Positions 36,966 to 54,490 of a stretch of DNA of 64,000 nucleotides are shown piece by piece. This DNA comes from Limoniibacter sp. GTDB lineage: Bacteria; Pseudomonadota; Alphaproteobacteria; Rhizobiales; Rhizobiaceae. A model generated the notes under the pieces. The model was not told the DNA's origin and searched no databases. It saw only the letters and a program-made list of their open reading frames with translations. The DNA is taken from the NCBI GenBank assembly GCA_031422195.1, contig JANOPZ010000031.1:29025-93024 (forward strand), written 5' to 3'. Each line of letters opens with the position of its first letter. The first letter of the stretch is position 1. The translations under genes were made by a program, and so were the position numbers.

Positions 36966-37022
36966 CTTTCTGATACGTCGCGTTAATTTGGCTGAGGCCC
37001 GCAGAGGCCAAGGGGAGTTTAC

Positions 37023-45108
<8,086 letters not shown>

Positions 45109-45132
45109 GCCTTAAATTTGTGAAAGTGGAAT

Positions 45133-45840
45133 TTGAGCATGCTTGCTGACCCTGATTACACACAAAGGCGCGATACGATCCGGCATTACTTCGACCGGAC
45201 GGCGGTTGATGCGTGGAAGCGCTTTGCTTCCGACGCGCCAATGGGCCGCGTGCGCGCTTCTGTGCGCGAGGGCCGAGCACGGATGCGGGCTGAAATCCTG
45301 TCGCGTTTTCCAGCAGACCTACAAGGCTGGCGTATTTTGGACGCGGGTTGTGGTGCAGGCCATTTGGCCATTGAGCTTGCAAAACGCGGCGCTGATGTGA
45401 CCGGCATTGATTTGTCGCCGGAGCTGGTTGGTTTTGCGCGGAAAGAAATTCCGGCATTTGATGGGCCGGGCCGCGTGCGCTTGCATTCAGGTGATATGCT
45501 GACGCGCATTTTTGGACGGTTTGATGCTGTCGTGGCGATGGATTCCATTATTCATTACACACCGAAACAGGCTATTGAAGCGCTGATAACGATGGCTGGC
45601 AACACCGACAAGAAAATCGTTTTCACCCATGTGCCGCGCACGCCATTGCTGCAAACCATGTATCTTGCCGGAAAACTGTTTCCGCGCCGCGACCGCTCGC
45701 CCGTGATTGAGCCGGTGGCAACCGATTGGCTGTCTGAAACTCTTGATAAAGAGATTGGCACCGACGGATGGACCTTTGGGCGCTCGGTGCGGGTATCAAG
45801 CGGGTTCTATAACTCCCAAGCCTTGGAGATCACGCGCTAA
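45133..45840 (+). CDS. bchM: magnesium protoporphyrin IX methyltransferase
   Basis: YFDRTAVDAWKR... N-terminus and SAM motif ILDAGCGAG. The start is TTG 45133 or ATG 45139. Confidence 0.9.
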   Translation: MSMLADPDYTQRRDTIRHYFDRTAVDAWKRFASDAPMGRVRASVREGRARMRAEILSRFPADLQGWRILDAGCGAGHLAIELAKRGADVTGIDLSPELVGFARKEIPAFDGPGRVRLHSGDMLTRIFGRFDAVVAMDSIIHYTPKQAIEALITMAGNTDKKIVFTHVPRTPLLQTMYLAGKLFPRRDRSPVIEPVATDWLSETLDKEIGTDGWTFGRSVRVSSGFYNSQALEITR

Positions 45841-47294
45841 TGTTCAAACGCAGCAGCGCCAGAACAGCTCCCAAAACGCCGCGTATGATTTTGGCGTTTC
45901 AGGCTATCAGCACACGGTTTCTGCCGTTTGCCGATGCGGCCACAGTGGATCTGCCTTTGCTGCGATTGTTGCGCTTATCGCTGTTCCAGGTTTCTGTTGC
46001 GATTGCGACTGTTTTGCTGACCGGTACGCTTAACCGTGTCATGATTGTGGAACTCGGCGTGCCGACCAGTTTTGTTGCGCTGATGATTGCAATCCCTGTT
46101 TTAGCTGCGCCCGCGCGCGTGCTCATCGGCCATAGGTCTGATAATTATAAATCGGTTTTGGGCTGGCGGCGTGTGCCCTATATTTGGCTGGGCACAATGA
46201 CGCAATTTGGCGGCTTGGCCATTATGCCTTTTGCGCTTTTGCTGATGCAGTCGCATACGCATGGGCCAGATTGGATTGGGCCAGTTGCCGCAATGGCCGC
46301 GTTTTTGATCACCGGTCTTGGCATGCATATGACGCAAACTGCCGGCTTAGCTCTGGCAACAGATTTGGCATCTGATGAAAGTCGCCCCCGTGTGGTGGCA
46401 TTAATGTATGTGATGCTTTTGGTTGGCATGGTAGCGGCTGCACTGGCGTTTGGCCAATTGTTGCAAAACTACTCGCCGCTCCGGCTGATCCAAGTGGTGC
46501 AAGGTTGCGCCGTTGCGACTATTTTAATCAATGTGGTTTGCCTTTGGAAGCAGGAACCGCGCAACAAGATTGCATCGCATCCCGATCGTGAACTTATCAG
46601 ATTTGCTGATGCCTTGGCTACTTATCGCAGCAACCCAGATTTCAAACGCTTGATGACAACCGTTGGTGTTGGCGCTGCTGGTTTTGCCATGCAGGACGTC
46701 TTGCTGGAACCTTATGGTGGCGAAATTTTAGGTTTGAGCGTGTCACAAACAACCATGTTGACCGCCATTTTTGCGGGCGCAGCGATTTTGGGTTTTGCCA
46801 TAGCTGCCAAACTAATGGCCAAAGGCCAAGACATGCATGCAATGGCCGGCGCTGGCATGCTGGTAGGCATTATCGGCTTTTCTGCGGTGATTTTTGCTGA
46901 ACCATTTCAATCGCCCGCACTGTTTCGTGTTGGCACGGCTTTTATCGGGTTTGGTGGCGGGCTGTTTGGCGTCGGCACGATGCTCGCTGCAATGCGGCTT
47001 GGTCAGCTGAGCAACAATGGAATTGCGATTGGCGCTTGGGGCGCAGTGCAGGCCACTGCCGCCGGTCTTGGAATTGCGTTTGGCGGTTTGATCCGTGACA
47101 GCGTCAACAATGCCGTTGGTGTGGTGGCTGATCAGGCCCTGTCTGCGCCATTGGCTGGATATGCCGTTGTTTATCATATTGAAATTGCCCTGCTGTTTGC
47201 CGGGATAATAGCCATTGGTCCGCTGGTGGGGCGCGACCGTTTTTTGAAACCTGAACATCCTCAGCCGTTCGGCCTTGCCGAATTGCCGGGATAA
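45840..47294 (+). CDS. lhaA: BCD/PucC family MFS protein, LH1 assembly factor
   Basis: 484-aa 12-TM paralogue of the pucC-like gene (LRLSLFQVSV..., LIGHRSD). It occupies the canonical bchM-lhaA-puhA position. The ATG overlaps the bchM TAA by 1 nt. Confidence 0.85.
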   Translation: MFKRSSARTAPKTPRMILAFQAISTRFLPFADAATVDLPLLRLLRLSLFQVSVAIATVLLTGTLNRVMIVELGVPTSFVALMIAIPVLAAPARVLIGHRSDNYKSVLGWRRVPYIWLGTMTQFGGLAIMPFALLLMQSHTHGPDWIGPVAAMAAFLITGLGMHMTQTAGLALATDLASDESRPRVVALMYVMLLVGMVAAALAFGQLLQNYSPLRLIQVVQGCAVATILINVVCLWKQEPRNKIASHPDRELIRFADALATYRSNPDFKRLMTTVGVGAAGFAMQDVLLEPYGGEILGLSVSQTTMLTAIFAGAAILGFAIAAKLMAKGQDMHAMAGAGMLVGIIGFSAVIFAEPFQSPALFRVGTAFIGFGGGLFGVGTMLAAMRLGQLSNNGIAIGAWGAVQATAAGLGIAFGGLIRDSVNNAVGVVADQALSAPLAGYAVVYHIEIALLFAGIIAIGPLVGRDRFLKPEHPQPFGLAELPG

Positions 47295-47319
47295 CGCTCA
47301 ACCGAAGGAGTGTCGACAC

Positions 47320-48117
47320 ATGGAAACTGGTGCCATTACTGGATATATTGATACCGCGCAGGTGCTTTTGTACTTGTTTTGGATTTTCTTTGCCGGCTTG
47401 ATTTATTATCTTGATATGGAAGGCCGCCGCGAAGGCTTCCCGATGGAGTCGGACGCAACCGGCGCCTATGAGAAGAATAAATGGCTGTTTATGCCAGCGC
47501 CAAAGACGTTTAAGTTACCACATGGCCATGGTAGCGTTACTGTACCAAATATGGCGCGTGACAATGCCGAACGTCCGGTTCCTGGCAAAAAAGTTTATTC
47601 GTTTGCCGGTTCGCCCTATACGCCAACGGGCGCAAATCCGATGCTGGATTCAATTGGGCCCGGTTCTTGGGCGATGCGTGCTGATGTGCCCGATTTAACA
47701 GTGCACGGCCACGCAAAAATCCGGCCATTACGCGCAGAACCTGCGTTTTCGATTGCCAAAGGTGATCTTGATCCACGCGGATTGCGCGTTGTGGGCCATG
47801 ATAGCGTGATTGCAGGCCGTATTGCCGATGTTTGGGTCGATACTTCTGAACAGATGATTCGCTATCTGGAAGTTACAACTGGCGAAGGTGAAACAGCGCG
47901 CAATGTGCTGGTTCCTTACAATTTTGCCATGATGAAAACACCGCGCGACAAGCAAGTTGTGTTTTATGTGCATGCCATTTCTGGCGCACAATTTGAAGAC
48001 GTTCCGCGCACGAAAAAAGCCGATGAAGTAACGTTTCTCGAAGAAGATAAAATCATGGCCTATTTCGGCTCGGGTCTGCTCTATTCGACGCCGAAACGAA
48101 TTGGGCCAAAACTGTAA
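47320..48117 (+). CDS. puhA: photosynthetic reaction centre H subunit
   Basis: ATG 47320 is preceded by GAAGGAG. The single N-terminal TM (AQVLLYLFWIFFAGLIYYL) is followed by the PRC-barrel region (GRIADVWVD...IRYLEV). 265 aa. Confidence 0.9.
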   Translation: METGAITGYIDTAQVLLYLFWIFFAGLIYYLDMEGRREGFPMESDATGAYEKNKWLFMPAPKTFKLPHGHGSVTVPNMARDNAERPVPGKKVYSFAGSPYTPTGANPMLDSIGPGSWAMRADVPDLTVHGHAKIRPLRAEPAFSIAKGDLDPRGLRVVGHDSVIAGRIADVWVDTSEQMIRYLEVTTGEGETARNVLVPYNFAMMKTPRDKQVVFYVHAISGAQFEDVPRTKKADEVTFLEEDKIMAYFGSGLLYSTPKRIGPKL

Positions 48118-48128
48118 GGACTTGAGTT

Positions 48129-48854
48129 ATGAGTGAGACTGGCGGTCCAGAACACGAAATTGAACCCGTCCCGGGCTTGCCAGGGCGCTTACCAGACGGT
48201 GAGTTTATCGTCTGGCAGGGGCACCCGGCGTTCAAGATCGTTATGACGAGGCTTTTGCGTGCCCGCTGGATTGCGATCTATTTTGCCGCCGCCGCACTTT
48301 GGAGTGTGGCGGTGGGGGTCAATAATAGTGAAGGTCTGTGGCAGCTTTTGGGGCGACTCACGTTCATTATTGTTGCAGCAATTATCTTCTTTGGCCTGTT
48401 GGCACTGTATGCGCGGGCGGTTGCCAAAACCTCTCTCTACACGCTGACAAATAAACGTTTGGTCATGCGGGTTGGTATTGCAATTTCAGCAAGTTTTAAT
48501 TTGCCATTTAAGCAAATTGCCGGCGCCGATTTTCGAGTTGGCAAAGATGGTTCAGGCGATGTGGCGCTGACCCTCAAATCAGGCCATGGGCTTTCCGGCT
48601 CAGTGTTTTTTCCGCACCAGCGCGGTGGCTTATGGCGCAAGCTATCACCGCAAATGATTTGCCTTCCAGATGCGAAATCGGTGGCTGAAAAGCTCGCACA
48701 ACAATTACGCGCATATGCTCCTACGTCGCAAGAGACAGCGGAACATGCAGGTGATATCGTCATTTTGGATGATGCGTTAGCTGTCCAAGTTGAAGGCAGT
48801 AAAGTGCAGCCAAGGCGCGTTGTTCGCAACCCGAACGTGCCTTTGACGCGCTAA
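48129..48854 (+). CDS. puhB: photosynthetic complex assembly protein PuhB
   Basis: 241 aa. The conserved start pattern LPGRLPDGEFIVWQGHP is followed by two TM segments and a bPH-like domain. Position is immediately after puhA. Confidence 0.8.
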   Translation: MSETGGPEHEIEPVPGLPGRLPDGEFIVWQGHPAFKIVMTRLLRARWIAIYFAAAALWSVAVGVNNSEGLWQLLGRLTFIIVAAIIFFGLLALYARAVAKTSLYTLTNKRLVMRVGIAISASFNLPFKQIAGADFRVGKDGSGDVALTLKSGHGLSGSVFFPHQRGGLWRKLSPQMICLPDAKSVAEKLAQQLRAYAPTSQETAEHAGDIVILDDALAVQVEGSKVQPRRVVRNPNVPLTR

Positions 48855-48869
48855 ATCGAAAGACTGAAA

Positions 48870-49403
48870 ATGGCTTATGTACACACAGCTGCCCGTGCTG
48901 AAATCAGCAACAAAGCTGTGGCAAGCCAAAGCCAAGCGCATGTTATGTTGAAGATTATCGCGGGCGTTATTTGCCTTGGTTTGGTACTTGTCACATTTGG
49001 TAAATTGACGGGCGTTGGCGTTGAGCTGACGCAAAACGGGGCCGCTATTGCCACTCATCAGGTGACGATGATGCTCGGTGCCGACGACTCTGTTGCACTG
49101 AAGTCTGTAGAAACGGGCGCTGTGATTGCGGGTTTTGATAAAGGTCATGGCGGTTTCCTGCGCAATGCCATCCGTGCATTTGGCCTTAAACGCAATCAAA
49201 TGGATATTTTACCGCAAACACCATTCGTGGTGACCCGGTGGGAAAGTGGGCGCGTTACACTCAACGATCCAGCCACCAACCATCAGGTTCCGGTGGATTC
49301 ATTCGGGCCAATGGTGACAAAAATGTTTGCACCATTGGTGGAAAAAAAATTGGCTAGAACCAGCGGTTCGAATTTCCAAAACGGAAACTTGAAAGGAGGT
49401 TAA
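48870..49403 (+). CDS. puhC: photosynthetic complex assembly protein PuhC
   Basis: 177 aa with a single N-terminal TM segment, in the canonical position after puhB. Confidence 0.7.
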   Translation: MAYVHTAARAEISNKAVASQSQAHVMLKIIAGVICLGLVLVTFGKLTGVGVELTQNGAAIATHQVTMMLGADDSVALKSVETGAVIAGFDKGHGGFLRNAIRAFGLKRNQMDILPQTPFVVTRWESGRVTLNDPATNHQVPVDSFGPMVTKMFAPLVEKKLARTSGSNFQNGNLKGG

Positions 49404-49404
49404 T

Positions 49405-49701
49405 ATGGGTGTTTTCACAAAAACAAAGATCGACGTGCCGTGCACGATAGAGGTCAACAACACCTTTGAAGCATTGGGTGCGCATGTCCGCTTTGATAAC
49501 GGTATGTCAGTTAACCCCGGTGATGAGGTTTTGGTTCACGGGGCGCCGGTTGCAGTGCCTTATGGCCACAACGAAACCTTTAAGCGTATGGCAACGATAA
49601 CCCGCGCTTCCACAGTTGAACGGCTATGGACCCGTGCTACGGGCGACTTCGAAGTGATGGAACTGTGTGAATTTTCGTTTTCGGAAAGGGCTTCGTTATG
49701 A
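49405..49701 (+). CDS. bciE: small soluble protein upstream of acsF, candidate BciE (auxiliary subunit of the O2-dependent cyclase)
   Basis: 98 aa with no TM segment. It starts 1 nt after the puhC stop, and its own stop overlaps the acsF ATG (ATGA). The assignment rests on position; I cannot align it to BciE from memory. Confidence 0.5.
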   Translation: MGVFTKTKIDVPCTIEVNNTFEALGAHVRFDNGMSVNPGDEVLVHGAPVAVPYGHNETFKRMATITRASTVERLWTRATGDFEVMELCEFSFSERASL

Positions 49702-50786
49702 ACACTCATGTTGCGGCCGATGATTTCGTTGGCCAAATGCAAATCCAGAACGAAACCACCCAGACCGCGGTGAGTTCCACGATGCTCAATCCACGGTTTT
49801 ATACCACGGATTTTGACGAGATGGACCGGCTTGATGTGTCCGGCGTTCGTGGTGAATGGGACGCACTGATTGCGGAAATGAAATCTGACCCTAACAAGGG
49901 CCATTTCAAACGCAATGAAAACTGGAACACGATTGATTTAGAGTCTCTTCCAGAGGGCCTTCGCAAAGAGTTCACCGACTTTTTGGTGTCGTCTTTGACA
50001 GCTGAATTTTCGGGCTGCGTGCTGTATAAAGAGATGAAGCGTCGCGGCACCAACGCTGATATCTGCGAGCTATTTGGCTATATGAGCCGTGACGAAAGCC
50101 GCCATGCCGGCTTCATCAATGATGCGCTGAAAGAGTTTAATATCGCCGTGAATATGGGCTTTTTGGCCAAGGCCAAAAAATATACCTATTTCCGGCCGAA
50201 GTTTATTTATTATGCGACTTACCTGTCTGAAAAGATTGGCTATGCGCGTTATATCACTATTTTCCGGCATTTGGAAAAACACCCGGAGCGGCTGTTTCAT
50301 CCGATCTTCAAGTGGTTTGAAGAATGGTGCAATGATGAGTTTCGTCATGGCGAAGCCTTCTCGTTGATCATGCGTTCTGATCCGAAATTAACCGCTGGCA
50401 TGAATAGATATTGGATTAAATTCTTCCTGCTTGCCGTGTTTGCCACCATGTTTGCGCGGGACAGTGCGCGTCCGCATTTCCATGCCGCACTCGGTGTTGA
50501 TATTGAAGATTACGATATGAAGGTGTTTCGTCTGACCAGTGAGATCACGAAGCAGGTTTTCCCGCTGACAATTGATCTGGATCATCCCGGTTTCATGAAA
50601 AATGTGCGTAAACTCAATCAAATCAACGTCGAGATGGGCGCATTGGAAGGTCAAACCGGAATTGGCGCTAAAATAAAACGCGGCCTACTCACAGCCAAAG
50701 CGGGCGTCGCATTTGTGCAACTTTATATGATTCCAACGATCAGCAATGATGTTCCGGCAACTAGCCGGTTACAACCGGTGTGGTGA
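49698..50786 (+). CDS. acsF: aerobic magnesium-protoporphyrin IX monomethyl ester oxidative cyclase
   Basis: Di-iron ExxH-type motifs ([30 protein letters not shown]). 362 aa. Confidence 0.95.
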   Translation: MNTHVAADDFVGQMQIQNETTQTAVSSTMLNPRFYTTDFDEMDRLDVSGVRGEWDALIAEMKSDPNKGHFKRNENWNTIDLESLPEGLRKEFTDFLVSSLTAEFSGCVLYKEMKRRGTNADICELFGYMSRDESRHAGFINDALKEFNIAVNMGFLAKAKKYTYFRPKFIYYATYLSEKIGYARYITIFRHLEKHPERLFHPIFKWFEEWCNDEFRHGEAFSLIMRSDPKLTAGMNRYWIKFFLLAVFATMFARDSARPHFHAALGVDIEDYDMKVFRLTSEITKQVFPLTIDLDHPGFMKNVRKLNQINVEMGALEGQTGIGAKIKRGLLTAKAGVAFVQLYMIPTISNDVPATSRLQPVW

Positions 50787-50794
50787 CGTAAAAT

Positions 50795-51628
50795 ATGGCG
50801 CTGATCCTTGGCACGTTTGGTCTGGCGATTTTGGCTTGGTGGGGCTCCACCGGCCTCATCGTCTTGGCTGTGCGTTCTTTTGAAAAGCGTCATGGTTTGG
50901 TGGTGATTGGCGCTGCTTTCATGGCGGCTCTTGGCGTCGCCATTTTGGTTATCTCTGCTGACATGCGGACACCAAGCGGAGCGGTTGCAGCTTTCGTGGG
51001 CGCATTGCTCATTTGGGCGTTTTTTGAAGTGGCGTTTCTTTCGGGTTGGATAACCGGTCCGCGCACAACACCGCTGCCTGCCAATGTCATTGGGCGCGAG
51101 CGTTTCAAACTGGCTGTCGAAACGGTCATTTATCATGAAATTGCGCTGGTTGGCACTTTGGTGTTGCTGGTGGCCACGATGTGGGGTTCAGACAATCATG
51201 TTGGCGTGATGATATTTGCTTTACTTTGGGTGATGCGATTGGCATCAAAATTCATTTTGTTTTTGGGTGCGCGGCATTCCTTAAGTGAGATGATCCCACC
51301 GCGCTTAACCTATCTACAGAGTTATTTCCGCACTGATCATACCACGAAATTGTTCCCGATTGTGATGCTTGTTGGTACAGCCAACCTAGGGTTTTTAGTG
51401 CGCGCAGCGCTCACCAGCGAAGATCCATTCTTGAGTGTTGCCCATGTTTTGGCGGCGACCTTCATTCTGCTGGCCCTAGCCGAGCTAATTTTTCTCAATC
51501 TTCCTATCCGCGATAGTGCGCTTTGGGCATGGGCAATGCCCAATTTGAAACGTGAGAAAGCGGATGCTCACCAAAATGATAACAATGTTAGGCCGGCTCA
51601 ACCGGTTCGTGTCGGAGGCATCAATTGA
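50795..51628 (+). CDS. puhE: photosynthetic complex assembly protein PuhE (DUF3623)
   Basis: 277-aa polytopic membrane protein in the canonical position between acsF and hemA. Confidence 0.75.
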   Translation: MALILGTFGLAILAWWGSTGLIVLAVRSFEKRHGLVVIGAAFMAALGVAILVISADMRTPSGAVAAFVGALLIWAFFEVAFLSGWITGPRTTPLPANVIGRERFKLAVETVIYHEIALVGTLVLLVATMWGSDNHVGVMIFALLWVMRLASKFILFLGARHSLSEMIPPRLTYLQSYFRTDHTTKLFPIVMLVGTANLGFLVRAALTSEDPFLSVAHVLAATFILLALAELIFLNLPIRDSALWAWAMPNLKREKADAHQNDNNVRPAQPVRVGGIN

Positions 51629-52848
51629 TGTTCAATTTTGAAGACCATTTCACCGCCCAATTAGCCACGCTCCACGACGCTGGCAATTACCGCGTTTTTG
51701 CCGATATTGAGCGTCAGGCGGGCCAGTTTCCGCGTGCCACGCGGCACCGGCCGGATGGCACCAGCCATGATGTGACAGTGTGGTGCTCGAATGATTATTT
51801 GGGCATGGGCCAGCATCCGAAAGTTACCGGCGCAATGCATGCCGCGATTGATAAATCAGGCACTGGCGCAGGCGGCACACGGAATATTTCAGGCACAAAC
51901 CATTATCATGTGGTGCTTGAGAAAGAATTGGCGGATTTGCATGGGAAAGAAGCGGCGCTGATATTCACATCAGGCTATGTGTCGAACTGGGCGGCGCTCG
52001 GAACATTGGGCTCGAAAATTCCCGGGCTGATTATTTATTCTGATGCTCTGAACCACGCCTCGATGATTGAGGGCATTCGCCATTCCAAAGCCGAACGGCG
52101 TGTCTGGCGGCATAATGATGTGAAACATCTGGCTGAATTGATGGCCGCTGATGACCCGGCCGCACCAAAAATGGTGGCGTTTGAGAGCGTTTATTCGATG
52201 GACGGCGATATTGCGCCGATCAAAGACATTTTGGATGTTGCAGACCGCTTTGGCGCGATGACTTATTTGGATGAAGTGCACGGCGTTGGCATGTATGGAA
52301 CCCGCGGCGGCGGCGTGGCAGAGCGTGAAGGCTTAATGCACCGCGTGACGGTTATCGAAGGCACGCTTGGCAAAGCCTTTGGCGTGATGGGCGGCTATAT
52401 TACCGGCTCGACTGCATTGATTGATTTCGTGCGCTCGTTCTCGTCAGGGTTTATTTTCACAACGGCACTGCCACCGGCGCTTGCTGCAGGCGCTGCAGCA
52501 TCCATTATGCATTTGAAAGAAAGCCAGGAAGAGCGGCGCTTACATCAAGCCAATGTCGCTAAAGTCCGCCAAGGCTTAGAGCGCGCGGGCATTCCTTACA
52601 TGCCAAACCCGAGCCATATTGTGCCGGTGATGGTGGGCAATGCTGCCAAATGCAAATGGATTTCGGATGTTTTGCTTGAGACCTACGGAATCTACGTGCA
52701 GCCGATCAATTATCCGACCGTGCCCGTCAAAACCGAGCGGCTGCGCATAACGCCAACACCGGCGCACACCGATGCTGATATCAAACACCTTGTCTCGTCG
52801 CTGTCAGACCTCTGGAGCCAATGTGCGCTTGCAAGAATGGTGGCGTGA
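51628..52848 (+). CDS. hemA: 5-aminolevulinate synthase
   Basis: YRVFADIER..., [14 protein letters not shown] and PLP-lysine block [12 protein letters not shown] 51628 overlaps the puhE stop (TGATG), with GGAGG upstream. Confidence 0.95.
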   Translation: MFNFEDHFTAQLATLHDAGNYRVFADIERQAGQFPRATRHRPDGTSHDVTVWCSNDYLGMGQHPKVTGAMHAAIDKSGTGAGGTRNISGTNHYHVVLEKELADLHGKEAALIFTSGYVSNWAALGTLGSKIPGLIIYSDALNHASMIEGIRHSKAERRVWRHNDVKHLAELMAADDPAAPKMVAFESVYSMDGDIAPIKDILDVADRFGAMTYLDEVHGVGMYGTRGGGVAEREGLMHRVTVIEGTLGKAFGVMGGYITGSTALIDFVRSFSSGFIFTTALPPALAAGAAASIMHLKESQEERRLHQANVAKVRQGLERAGIPYMPNPSHIVPVMVGNAAKCKWISDVLLETYGIYVQPINYPTVPVKTERLRITPTPAHTDADIKHLVSSLSDLWSQCALARMVA

Positions 52849-52872
52849 GACCCGGATACAAAATGAAACTTC

Positions 52873-52996
52873 AATCATAGTCATCCCCGCATTTATTGCG
52901 GGGACCCAGACTTTCTTTTTATTCATTAACTCTGTTTTTGAGCTAATCTTATCAAAGCAAACGAGCCTGCGTCCTCCCAATAAATGCGGGAATGAC
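52873..52996. repeat. MITE-like composite of two inverted REP units (copies c and d) between hemA and crtA
   Basis: c (52873-52910) is ATCATAGTCATCCCCGCATTTATTGCGGGGACCCAGAC. It is followed by a ~53-nt AT-rich spacer starting TTTCTT. d (52964-52996) is GCCTGCGTCCTCCCAATAAATGCGGGAATGACT in inverted orientation. Each unit is itself a hairpin (CCCCGCA/TGCGGGG). Confidence 0.75.
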
Positions 52997-53036
52997 TAAC
53001 ATTCAGAGACCGCCGTTCTGTTTCAGAGCAATTCCC

Positions 53037-53756
53037 ATGATAGTCACCCTCAGCCTTTACCGTTATGAAAGCCTCGGCGCTAAACTGTGGGCATTCAGCC
53101 GTATGGGCTTTGCAAGGCTGATGATGCCGCGCGTTAAAGGCCTCACATTTTGGAAACTGATGGGCACCGGCGCAGGTGACGGGTTTTCGACCAAGCCAAA
53201 TTTAGGTGTCTATACGATTTTGTGTGTTTGGGCTGATGAACCCAGCGCGAAAGCAGCATTGCGGACAAAACAACCATTCACGGGCAACGCCAAACGCAGC
53301 GCCTGCCATGTGCATTTAACGCTGTCGCCAACGCAAGTCCGCGGTGATTGGTCGGGTGGTCATCCATTTGGCTCCACAGTATTTCACACGCCGGACGGGC
53401 CGGTTGTAGCGCTGACACGGGCAACGATCCGCCTTCGCCATTTGCGCCAGTTTTGGCAACGTGTGCCAGCCATATCCGATGCAATTCAAGATGAAGAGAC
53501 CCGCCATTTTATGATGGGCATGGGCGAGGTGCCGTGGTTGCACCAAGTAACGTTTTCGATCTGGAGTGATGGCGATGCGATGCGGGCATTTTCGCTGACC
53601 AGCCCAAGTCACGGTGAAGCTGTGCGCCAGGCTTACCAAAAAGGCTGGTTCAAAGATCAAATGTTTGCGCGGTTTAATTTGCTGGCTATAGATGGCCACT
53701 GGCCGGAACTCGACAAATTGCCGTTTTTAGCGCATTTAAAAACCACCTCAATTTAA
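53037..53756 (+). CDS. crtA: spheroidene monooxygenase
   Basis: The N-terminus MIVTLSLYRYESLGAKLWAFSRMGFARL...FWKLMGTGAG.GF resembles CrtA as I recall it. 239 aa. The track start (52992) lies inside repeat d and is rejected. Confidence 0.7.
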   Translation: MIVTLSLYRYESLGAKLWAFSRMGFARLMMPRVKGLTFWKLMGTGAGDGFSTKPNLGVYTILCVWADEPSAKAALRTKQPFTGNAKRSACHVHLTLSPTQVRGDWSGGHPFGSTVFHTPDGPVVALTRATIRLRHLRQFWQRVPAISDAIQDEETRHFMMGMGEVPWLHQVTFSIWSDGDAMRAFSLTSPSHGEAVRQAYQKGWFKDQMFARFNLLAIDGHWPELDKLPFLAHLKTTSI

Positions 53757-53778
53757 TATATCCAATGAGTTTGAGCTT

Positions 53779-54321
53779 TTGAAAAACGACACCGTAAACG
53801 GTTTAGCTTTGGGTCTAATACCGGCGCTTCGCGGCGATGGCACCCTATACCCGATTGAGAAATTGGAAGCGCATAAGCGCGCAATTCCGCATTTGGCAAT
53901 ATCGATTTTTGTGTTTGATGGCGACTTAATGCTGTTGCAGCGGCGGGCGCTGACCAAATATCATTGTGGTGGACAATGGGCCAACACGTGTTGCAGCCAT
54001 CCGCATTGGGGTGAAACTTTAGAAGCAGCTGCGAACCGGAGGCTGTTTGAAGAGCTGGGGTTTCATTTGCCATTAACGTCCGGCCGCCAGGTTGAATATC
54101 GCGCTGAAGTGGGTCACGGCTTAATTGAGCATGAACATGTGACGTTTTATTTTGGTAATGCTCAGCGCAAAGATTTGGCTGTGCAACCTAATCCCGTCGA
54201 AGTGATGCAAACCCGCTGGGCCAATTACTCGGACGTTGCCAATGAGATTGCAGCAACACCAGAAATGTATGCACCATGGTTTCGGATTTATATGGAACGG
54301 TTCCCCAACTTCGGAATGTAA
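53779..54321 (+). CDS. idi: isopentenyl-diphosphate delta-isomerase, type 1 (Nudix)
   Basis: HLAISIFVFDGD..LLQRRA..K.H..G.WANTCCSHP...E is the type-1 IDI active-site pattern (Cys in NTCCSHP, Nudix Glu). TTG start. 180 aa. Confidence 0.85.
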   Translation: MKNDTVNGLALGLIPALRGDGTLYPIEKLEAHKRAIPHLAISIFVFDGDLMLLQRRALTKYHCGGQWANTCCSHPHWGETLEAAANRRLFEELGFHLPLTSGRQVEYRAEVGHGLIEHEHVTFYFGNAQRKDLAVQPNPVEVMQTRWANYSDVANEIAATPEMYAPWFRIYMERFPNFGM

Positions 54322-54347
54322 GAATATCTATGACGAGCATATAAATG

Positions 54348-54380
54348 CGGGGTTTGCGATTGATCGCAAGCCCCGTTTCT
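54348..54380 (+). terminator. rho-independent terminator of crtA-idi
   Basis: CGGGGTTTGCGAT..ATCGCAAGCCCCG stem (one G-U pair) followed by TTTCT, 27 nt after the idi stop. Confidence 0.6.
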
Positions 54381-54395
54381 ATAGCTACCATCCAT

Positions 54396-54422
54396 AAAAA
54401 AAGCGGAAGCTGAGCTTCCGCT
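54396..54422 (-). terminator. rho-independent terminator of the puf operon
   Basis: On the minus strand AGCGGAAGC-tca-GCTTCCGCT (9-bp stem) is followed by TTTTTTT, about 70 nt downstream of the pufM stop. Confidence 0.8.
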
Positions 54423-54490
54423 AGTGATGCAGAGTCCCAGGAGGGGGATGGGTCTGCACTAAACTTGTATTAAGGTTTGCCGCCTTGGGG

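Noticed and set aside
36761-37022. Search for an aerR/ppaA or other small ORF between ppsR and bchF
   Set aside because: No ORF of meaningful length with an RBS on either strand. The region is treated as a divergent promoter.
47275-47319. Upstream alternative starts proposed by the ORF track for puhA, and similarly for bchC (62402), bchZ (58785), bchX (61449), the SBP gene (28072), aglK (23013) and eda (7847)
   Set aside because: In these cases an internal ATG gives the family-typical N-terminus or length. It is preceded by a Shine-Dalgarno sequence for puhA, bchZ, the SBP gene and aglK. It overlaps the upstream stop (ATGA) for bchX. SD support is weak for bchC and eda. The extensions overlap upstream genes or intergenic signals.
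52992-53036. ORF-track N-terminal extension of crtA
   Set aside because: The extended start lies inside repeat unit d. ATG 53037 gives the MIVTLSL... N-terminus expected for CrtA.
54322-54490. Search for pufC or pufX downstream of pufM
   Set aside because: Only 169 bp separate pufM from the convergent idi. The region holds two terminator hairpins and no ORF with an RBS. The absence of pufC/pufX is reported as a finding instead.
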